A DNA stretch of 64,000 bases from Octopus sinensis (Eukaryota): assembly GCF_006345805.1 (NCBI RefSeq), contig NC_043000.1, positions 87,544,001 to 87,608,000 of the forward strand, written 5' to 3'. Positions 54,497 to 64,000 of the stretch are shown piece by piece (within the stretch, counting starts at the first letter, position 1; every line of letters begins with the position of its first letter). The notes under the pieces are model-generated. The model had not been told where the DNA came from. It saw only the letters and a list, made by a program, of their open reading frames with translations, and searched no databases. A program made the translations under genes and the position numbers.

Positions 54497-55602
54497 TTGT
54501 TAAGTATCTGGATATTAACCTAAATTGTGAAATGCATACATTTTCCTTATCATGATAATAATAGCTTTTCTACTTTAGGACGAAAACTGGTTCAAAGAGG
54601 CCATTATGAAATAATGAAACAACAAGCAACATCCAAACAACAAAACTGAAACATTTTTTGCTGAGTGATATTCTGTTAGCAAGTTTCCGATTCCGCCCAC
54701 CTTCTTTCTAAGAAATTTTAGTCCCAAATATTAACAGGCATATGTCCTCATTTACTTTACAAAAGGCACGCTTTTTAACCCTTTTCCTTGCTATAACGTG
54801 CCTTTTCTTAAAATTGGATTCACAGATAAAATACATGGTACAACTGGATGTGTGTTCTTAAGCACATGAAGTATATCAAACATACCATATGGTATAATCA
54901 GTTTATAGTTTAAATTACAAACTCAAGAAACCAAAAGCTTTCTAAATTTAATCTTCTTCCATTTTCCTATGAATCATTGATATCATAAGATTTTTCAAAG
55001 AAATTCAATTAAGGTAGGCAACAAATTTTATAAACCTTGTAGCATTTTTGTCAACCATTATAATTCCTTAAATCTTTACAACAACAATAATGCTATCTCT
55101 TCCCATATTTATAACTGCATTACCTCTAACAAAGGCATTCTCAACGTTAGTTATATTTCATAAAAGCTCTAATGTAATATATATAAAGTCGGAAAACAAT
55201 AGTATCGCTAGAAATGATATTGAATTGCGAATTATTGTGATGTTCGTCATTATCAATATATCTAATCGTGAAGCCGCAAAAATGATTTTCAACAACGTTA
55301 TGGAAGAACTTTCTTGTTTTTAAAGCATTCGAAGGTTACACTTTCGTCAGCCTACTCCATAACATCCGTGATAGTTTTCGTTAAAATTTACACTGGGAAT
55401 GCTGAAACATGGAGTTCCTTAATAATTGAAAATGTTAACTAATTCTTTTCGATAATTTCCTATTAAAACAAAAAGAAAAGTAACTGAAAAAATTTGTTGT
55501 ATTCGAAAAAGAACATGCTGATTATCAATCTATCTGTCTATGTATGTATGTATGTATGTATGTATGTATGTATGTATGTATGTATGTATGTATGTATGTA
55601 TG

Positions 55603-55684
<82 letters not shown>

Positions 55685-56505
55685 GGATGGATGTGTATCT
55701 ATATCTATCTGAATATAAATATATATCTTCCTAGCGTTTTCATGAAATGTATGTATATATAATTATATACATATATATGTATGTACATATATTTGCATGA
55801 AGGTGTGTATGTAAGCATATTTATATATACATACATATACATATACACACATACATATATATTTATACAAATATGTATATTTATATATAGGTACACATAT
55901 ATATATATATACATTTAAATATATATATGTATGCCTGTATATGTATATATATATGCATATAAAATAATTGTATATATATATATATATATATATACATATA
56001 TGATGGCAATATTAGAAACTAAAAGCACTTGCCCGAAGCTAAAACGTGCAACACACTTACTGATGGGATTAGATTTCTGATTATCCTGTGGCATGTACTC
56101 TACTCCTTCCTTTCAAATTAGCTACTTAAATCGATATTTTTTACAATCTTAAACACTTCGTTTTTTACATCCCAATTGATGAAACACTTAACGTTACAAT
56201 TATTATATATAAGGTTTATATCAGAGTAAGTCTCCCCTCCTTCACTCGCAAATTTTAGATTTGAAAACACAAGATTTCTCTCTCTCTCTCTTTCTCTTTA
56301 ACTATCTATATATGCATATATAAATATGGACACACACTCACACATATATATGTATATATACACACACAGGTATATATGCTTATATATGTGTGTATATATG
56401 CGTATGTCTTTGTGTACGTTTGTGTGTGTATATACGTATACATACACATATTTATATAAATATGTGTGTACATATATATACATATACATACATACATATA
56501 TATAT

Positions 56506-56575
<70 letters not shown>

Positions 56576-56591
56576 ATATATATATATATAT

Positions 56592-56623
<32 letters not shown>

Positions 56624-56645
56624 ATATATTATATATATATATATA

Positions 56646-57012
56646 CTACCAGTATCGCCCGGCGTTGCTCGGGTTTGTTTCGACCCTTTAGAATTGGAAT
56701 TTTTGGAAAGTAAACATTTTGCGTTATGTAGCTTTCTGGTTGAAATACACCGAAAAATGGCGACACAGCAGTAAAAAAATCGTAAGAAATAGGGATTTTC
56801 ATAGAAAAAAAGCATCTTTTTGATGTAAATAAGTTTTGGTCTTAACATGGTCCAATTTGAAGTTTTTCTTCTACAGAAGGAAGAGCAAGCCTTCTTCTAT
56901 CATACTCTCAATTTTGGTCAACTTGTGCCACAGGGTCTCGGAGGAGATAGTGTTAGTTGAGGGCTACCAGACCTGTCATACACAGACAACTTCAGCTTTA
57001 TATATATAGAGA
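56646..57012 (-). mobile_element. Short non-autonomous Helitron (367 bp)
   Basis: Minus strand starts A|TCTCTATATATATAAAGCTG and ends CCCGAGCAACGCCGGG hairpin + cgatactg + GTAG|T (variant of CTAG). Confidence 0.75.
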
Positions 57013-57014
57013 TA

Positions 57015-58040
57015 CAGAGTGAAGAGAATAAATTCTCGTCTAAATTACGCAAAAATGAAAACACTGATATCTTATTTTAACAGATATATTTACCAAATTA
57101 CATAAAAATATCTTGAAATACTAAGGAGTAAATTTATTCAATTAAATCGCTAATAGCTTCAACTACGGTCTCCAAACGACTTCAGAATCTCCTGCAACCC
57201 TTCTGGACGGTCTCCCTGTTTAAAGTGGTGAATGCTGCCATAATCCTTGCCTTCGATCCATCTTTGCTGTTACGAGGATTTTTTGGGGTCTCTCACTCAA
57301 CTGCGTTCCACACATAGTAATGAGGTGGGTTGCAATCTGGGGACTTAAGTGGCCAGATGTTCCAGTTGCAGAAATTGTCTGACAGCCATGACTAGGTCCT
57401 TTTGCTTGTTGACAGACAGGGCTTCCAGCAGAACGATCAGAGTGAGTTTTTCTCGTTTGAGAAAAGCCAAACCATGTTCGGTTGGAGGGAATGCTTAAGT
57501 TTGTTCAAAAGTTTTGTAGCTCGGTCTTTTTTCTTGCTCTTCATAGGTTGGGATAAAAATTGGCCCTTTCACATCTTGAATGAGGAATACCGAATGTCTT
57601 CCTGCACTAATTGCCTGATACGAAACTCATACACGGACATATCCGTGGCGACGGACCTGATTGACTTCAAGCGATCGTTGTCAATGATGGCTTGAATCTC
57701 ACCAACAAATTCAAAAGTTGTTTTCTGATCAGAACGATCAGAGTAAGTATCCCGAGCTGCCGTACCTTCATAATCACCATTAGACTCATCCAACTCTTTC
57801 TGAATCCTCTGCACTGTCCTCAGATTAACACCCAAACACTCTGAAATGTTCGTATTGTAGCTTACGATGCGAATGCCAAGCAGTATAGCGTGTCGTTTCC
57901 AAATTTCTGGAATTTGTGTCATGGTGCTGTTTTCTCACAGACGGTGCCCAACTGACCCTACTATACTGTATAATCGACAAAATCAAAGCATGCGCGAAAT
58001 ATAAAATATAAGATAACGACAATTTACATATCGCACCCTG
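57015..58040 (-). mobile_element. DD37D (maT-like) transposon, second copy, both TIRs, central deletion
   Basis: MTQIPEIWKRHAILLGIR.. N-terminus (ORF 57569..57922); WLFSNEKN; IWPLKSPDCNP; near-identical ends to 28858-29688. Confidence 0.85.
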
Positions 58041-58053
58041 AATATACATATAT

Positions 58054-58466
58054 AGTGGCTGTGTGGTAAGTAGCTTGCTAACCAACCACATGGTTCCGGG
58101 TTCAGTCCCACTGCGTGGCATCTTGGGCAAGTGTCTTCTGCTATAGCCCCGGGCCGACCAATGTCTTGTGAGTGGATTTGGTAGACGGAAACTGAAATAA
58201 GCCTGTCGTATATATGTATATATATGTATATGTATGTGTGTGTATATGTTTGTGTGTCTGTGTTTGTCCCCCTAGCATTGCTTGACAACCGATGCTGGTG
58301 TGTTTACGTCCCCGTAACTTAGCGGTTCGGCAAAAGAGATCGATAGAATAAGTACTGGGCTTACAAAGAATAAGTCCCGGGGTCGATTTGCTCGACTAAA
58401 GGCGGTGCTCCAGCATGGCCGCAGTCAAATGACTGAAACAAGTAAAAGAGTAAAAGAGTAAAAGAG
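58054..58466 (+). mobile_element. tRNA-derived SINE, family B, full length
   Basis: Head agtggctgtgtggtaagtagcttgc, internal TA/TG run, tail ggcggtgctccagcatggccgcagtcaaatgactgaaac(aagtaaaag)n. Confidence 0.9.
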
Positions 58467-58476
58467 TGTATATATA

Positions 58477-58508
<32 letters not shown>

Positions 58509-58594
58509 TGTAAGTCATATTAATTCAGCACTTCAAGTATGCTGGAGACAGGTCGCTTTTCGCCCTATCTCCCGTGATATAAGATATATATATA

Positions 58595-58656
<62 letters not shown>

Positions 58657-59984
58657 CACAATATGTGTATGTGTATTGGCTAACGCGTACATTTCAACAA
58701 TTCTCAACCGATTTCCACCGAACTTTATACGAACATTACTTATGTCCTAAGGATGGTCATGCACTATAACATTTTGCCCAGAGCTTCCGCGTAGAAGGAC
58801 AAACCGTGAAAAACAGTGGTTTACACGGGTTTTTCTCTAATTCGTTGTATGTACCTAGTTTTTTTGCATCTAGGGTCGTCCATAATTTTTTACCCTGTAT
58901 GGTCGTATATTAGAGAATCTTTTTAGTGGTTTTCACATTTTCTATTTATTATTTATTTATATGCTGTAATTATGCATTATTACTTTCTTTTTTTTTGTAT
59001 GTGTATCGGTATGTTTTGATTTTGTGTTTTTGGTTAGACACTGTTATAAAAGTGAAAGGATTTTATCTATTTATTTATTTCGACTGTTTTCCATACTTTT
59101 TAAATCTATATAGTCGTATATTTGCATTACAGAATATTGTTTAGGTATTTTCACCTTTTTAATATATATTATTTGTCTGCCTTACAATGCAACATCTTTT
59201 CATTGCGAACTGCTAAAGATTCAAAGTAGTATTCGTGAACTGAAGTCGAACTCTTCATGTTTTTATTTTTCGTTACCTGCAGTCAATTTCAGAGTCGTCG
59301 CACACTGTAAGCACGTAGTAAATACATTTCTTTAAATCTACTTTTTCAAGTAGCTTATTGTCATTTTTGAACATACCAATCATACTTCTCTCCTAAAAAA
59401 TAGTTCCCTTTGCTGTTGAATAAAATAAAGTCACAGAGCTGAAGTTTCAACGCTTTCCTTCAATTCCCTTACAAAATGTAGGTGATTGTTTCTGACAAGA
59501 AATTTCGCTTTCATGTAAAACAACAATATTTGGTAGTCATTATGAGTAATCTACTCTCAAAACACTTCAGTAGCTCTGCTTTGCATAGCTTGCAAACTTA
59601 TAGGATGTATGATCATTAAAAGTGCAACGACTTCCACAGTAACCAACCTTCAATTTGGTCTTCTGTTCTTAGGTTAATCGGAAACATAGATTGCCATGCT
59701 ACTCATACACCAAAGCAGCTTAAACCGTGCAAAGGACGAGTGCATTTGCAAGTATATATATATAGATATATATAATATATATAATACATATATATATAAT
59801 ATATGTATTATATATATGATATATATATATATAATATATTCATATAATATATATAACACATATTTATATAATATAGATATCATATATTTCTTTGATATAT
59901 CTATATATGTACATAATATATATATATATATATATAATATACTATACTATTTGGCATCAAGTACTATACGAATACCCGCACAGG

Positions 59985-60370
59985 CCGCCATTGCATGGTA
60001 CTGTCCACTGCATCTCACATAAGAACAAGTTATAGCAACAGCCTCGGTTTCAGAGGAACTCAGCTCTTTAATGCCCTGCCAAAACAATTGAGGGACCGAC
60101 AAGGCATGGGTGTAGAGGTTTTCAAAAAAGAAAAACTCGACACTTTCCTATCCACGACACCAGACGAACCGATGGCTCGAAATCAGACACAGTTGAGGTC
60201 AGCGATGTCAAATTCTCTTATACACCCGATGTGCCATCGAAAGTCTTGATTGGACTACATCAGCTGCCGGGGAAATGCCATGCAATGAACGTGTAGAGAG
60301 CACATCATAAGCAGGGAGTGCCATGGTGGTGTTCCAGCACGACCGCAGCCACTTGGGTAAAAAGCATAAA
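59985..60370 (+). mobile_element. CR1/L2-type LINE 3' end
   Basis: RTSYSNSLGFRGTQLFNALPKQLRD..FKKEKLDTFLSTTPDEP..SNSL; tail ggtggtgttccagcacgaccgcagcc. Confidence 0.85.
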
Positions 60371-60515
60371 AATATATATATATATATATAATACATATAT
60401 AAAATATATATATAATATATATATTATATATGTATATAATATATATAATATATATGTAATATATATAATATATAATATATACATATTATATATATGATAT
60501 ATATAATATACATCT

Positions 60516-60575
<60 letters not shown>

Positions 60576-60576
60576 A

Positions 60577-61853
60577 TCAGGTAATCCCATAAGTTCTGTC
60601 CGATTTTGGAATAAAGAAAACAAGTGATCAAATGTTATATTTAATTGAAATTTAATCATCAATGTACTTTCCCTGATTATCTATGACTTCTTTCCATCTA
60701 TTTACAAGCTTTTTAATCCCATCAATATAAAACTCTTTTGGCTTCAAAGCGAAGAACTCTGAAATGTCAGTTTCGACCTCCTCCTCGCTTGCGAAAGTTA
60801 TGTCCTTCAAATGATTCTGTAAACTACGAAACAAATGGTAGTCTGAATGAGCAAGGTCTAGAGAATAAGATGGATGAGGAATTTTTTCCCAACCGAACTC
60901 TTCGATCTTCTCTGATGTGATCTTTGTAGTGTGGGGTCGCATATTGTCCTGATGAAACATCACTCCTTCTCGATTAACTAAAGCGGGTCTTTTTCTTCCA
61001 AGCTTGGTTCAAACGCTCTCATTGCTGACAGCAGACTTGAGCATTGATTGTTGCATTAGGTGGTAACAATTCAAAGTGAGTTACTCCTTGGCAATCCAGC
61101 CAGATAGAGAGAAGAAACTTTTTCCATTAAGTTTCCTTCTTGGTTGTGGTTGAGCTTTTTCCCTTTTACCAAGCCACTGCTTACGACGCTTAACATTTCG
61201 ATAGAAGATCCATTTTTCGTCATCAGTCACAAGTCTATCCAAAAAGGATGAAATGATTTCGTGAGAATGGCGAGAAGAGCAGATGTCAACTCGGGATTTG
61301 CGGTTGCTTTCGGACAATTCGTGAGCCACCCATTTTCCAAGTTTAGGAAACTTTCCAAGTTGTTGAAGATGACGGAGAACAGTTGTATGGTTTGAACTAA
61401 GCTTTATTGCCAATTCTTCAAATGATAATGCAAGATTTTCATCAAGTAATGCTTCGAGGAGCTTATCATCAAACTCAACTGGACGTCCTGTTCGATCTTC
61501 ATCTTCAAGGCTGAAATCTCCACTTCTGAATTTTGCAAACCAAGTTCTTACATTCAGGCATTCTTTCTCATAAACTGAGTGCATGTTTCGAGTCGCTTCG
61601 GCTGCAGAGTTTCATTTCATGTACTCATAAAACATTATGTGCTTTAAATGCTCTTTGGATACTTCCATGTTAGAAAGGGTTTTAATCATAGTAATTTTAA
61701 TTCTGTTATTCTGTAAAATAATATCTAATTGGTTTAAATGTACACAAATACATAAAAGTAATTTTAAATTCCATTAAACATTCTAAAATACTATTAAATT
61801 TCATTCAATTTTAACAAAGGTAAAAATCGGACAGAACTTATGGGATGACCTGA
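60577..61853 (-). mobile_element. mariner (DD34D, Hsmar1/Mos1-like) transposon, full length (1277 bp), inactivated
   Basis: TIRs tcaggt(a/c)atcccataagttctgtccgatttt with TA at both sides; WFAKFRSGDFSLEDEDRTGRP, LVTDDEKWIFY, HQDNMRPH, YSLDLAHSDYHLFRSL; stop and frameshifts present. Confidence 0.95.
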
Positions 61854-62329
61854 TATATATGTATATATATATGTATATATATATACATGTGTGTGTGTGG
61901 GGGGGTATATGTATATATATATGTATATATATATGTATATATATATATATATATAATATATATATAATATATATATATATATATTATATTATATATATAT
62001 ATATAATATATATATATATATATAAACACACCAGCGTGATTTCCATATCATCACATCATAGGTCGAACGAAGATCAAGAATTCAAAGAAATTGGCATGTG
62101 TAATATTCTAAGCTACATAACAATTAAAATTTCAACATCAGCGCTTTAATTTATCAGAAGCACCACATCAAACCAATGAGATTATCTCTATAATATAGAA
62201 GCGAATAGAAATACCCATTATTCATTTGGATCGTTGATGGGTTGTAGTGTACGTGATTTAGTTCAAATGCTTGGTATCATCCGCAGAATTTATGGTGCGT
62301 TTACAGGTCATATCTCCCCCACCGCTTTC

Positions 62330-62443
<114 letters not shown>

Positions 62444-62819
62444 AATCTATCTATCTATCCATGTGCCTGTTTGAAAATTATACATTCATTGGTAATAAAG
62501 TAAGAGGCTTTATTTTTAGACAAGGATAACCACAATAAATTGCGTGTTAAATATTTATATTAAACTGTTTGTATGCTACATATGTCAGAGTATATTTATA
62601 TTATATTAACTCTACCCCATTTTTGAGAGGACGTATGTGTCATTTAAAGCTTTACAATGTGGAGGACAAAAGGAATGTTTAGTTAACATGTTTATTATAT
62701 CCATTATTATCATAAATATAATAGAAAAGAAAACATAATTATATAGAAAAATGTCTGCATGTATATATGCATGAATGTAGGGATTAAAGCATAAGAATAA
62801 TTATATATTCAGTACATGT

Positions 62820-63141
62820 TATGTTTATTTATTTATGCGCCCTTTTCAAGCCTAGCCGGGCTCATGGGCCCGGTTTCCCGGTTTTTATGGCGTATGTTCC
62901 CACCCACCCAGCTGAACGGGACGCCAGTCCATCGCAGCGTTACTCAAGAAACAGGAAGAGAGAGTGAGAGAAAGTTGGGGCGAAAGTGTACAACAGGGGT
63001 CGCCACCACCCCCTGCCGGAGCCTTGTGGAGCTTTAGGTGTTTTCGCTCAATAAACACACACAACGCCCGATCTGGGAATCGAAACCGCGATCCTCCGAC
63101 CGCGAATCTGCTGCCCCAATTACTGGGCCGTTGCACCTCCA
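62820..63141 (-). mobile_element. tRNA-derived SINE, family D
   Basis: Minus-strand head ggaggtgcaacggcccagt..ggtttcgattccc (A/B boxes); body gcgatggactggcgtcccgttcag; ends in aaataaataaa. Confidence 0.75.
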
Positions 63142-63955
63142 CATATTATGCAAGGAGAAGTAAAAGGAAGTGAGAGCACATCTTGCAGAGAAAAGTGACA
63201 GAGTTCCATGTGAAAAGTGTGGTTGCTTTGTTTGAGGGTTCAAATCGCCAACCTTTTGTAATCCGCGAGCAATATTTCTAGAAACTTCGAAAAACATTTT
63301 GGCGGAAAGTTTATATAACTTTGCTTTAATGTCTGCTGTCGTTGACTGACATGTCTGTCGATAAACATAGGCATTGCCTTTTTTAAGTGTGTTCATACAT
63401 TTCTAAACGAATCTTGCTCACGTGAGCCTAAACACAAATTTACTGAGATAAATACATATGTGTGCATTTATAGATAAGAAACTTGGCATGTGACAATCAT
63501 ATTTTGATATTTTCCTTAGGTTCAGTTTCATTTACTTACGACTGGTAGTAGCATATCATGTAGATTGATTCGAAAAGCATAGGAATGCATTGCACGCCTA
63601 AGAAAACATAAACATACGTGCAAATTGAATAATAGTGCGTATACAGGCGCACGTTGCTAGGATATACACTTTACACCTGACTATATATCTAACCAACTTG
63701 ACAGATCTCACAGAAGACTGCATCAATTATATAACTATGCTTCACCTTCTACAAAAATCTTGACGGATTGTATATATCATGCACTGACTCGCATCTTATA
63801 TTTATATATTATAGAAATATATGCACCTTAAACAAACAATTAGCATCTTAATAAAATGCACCACACTAGGAAAATGTATTTAACATGCACATAGCGACGT
63901 ACAAATTTTATTAACCTAGCATGTAAACATACGACTTGTTCCTAAAATCAATACA

Positions 63956-64000
<45 letters not shown>

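Noticed and set aside
58650-58860. Helitron/DINE-like short element ending in a hairpin and CTAG
   Set aside because: 5' TC end is lost in (TA)n and the hairpin is far from CTAG; boundaries cannot be supported
63034-63396. LQKVG..HFSHG resembling Helitron helicase motifs
   Set aside because: Flanking residues do not match the FPV.L.FA.TINK.QG motif and no Helitron termini were found nearby

Overview
AT-rich, microsatellite-saturated eukaryotic DNA with no confidently recognisable host gene. The SINE families and repeat landscape suggest an octopus (coleoid cephalopod) genome; this is inference, not a database match. The window is a transposon graveyard: about seven Dong/R4-type REL-endonuclease LINE fragments mostly sitting in (TAA)n/(TAG)n runs, CR1/L2-type and RTE fragments, a Penelope GIY-YIG remnant, the 5' half of a Mag-like Gypsy element (LTR, tRNA-Ser PBS, gag, protease), two ORF1-only gag-like units, two DD34D mariners, two DD37D (maT-like) copies, one Tc1, two Helitrons with intact AT junctions, a GG-terminal MITE with an 8-bp TSD, at least four tRNA-derived SINE families and a tRNA-Glu(TTC) pseudogene. 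The best candidate for something undescribed is a head-to-head palindromic element (27.5-28.0 kb) whose arms each join a tRNA-like Pol III head to a Penelope-type minimal hammerhead ribozyme tail. Several other hammerhead-like and HDV-like ribozyme remnants occur in the window. Most element boundaries are approximate unless a TIR, TSD or terminal motif is quoted.
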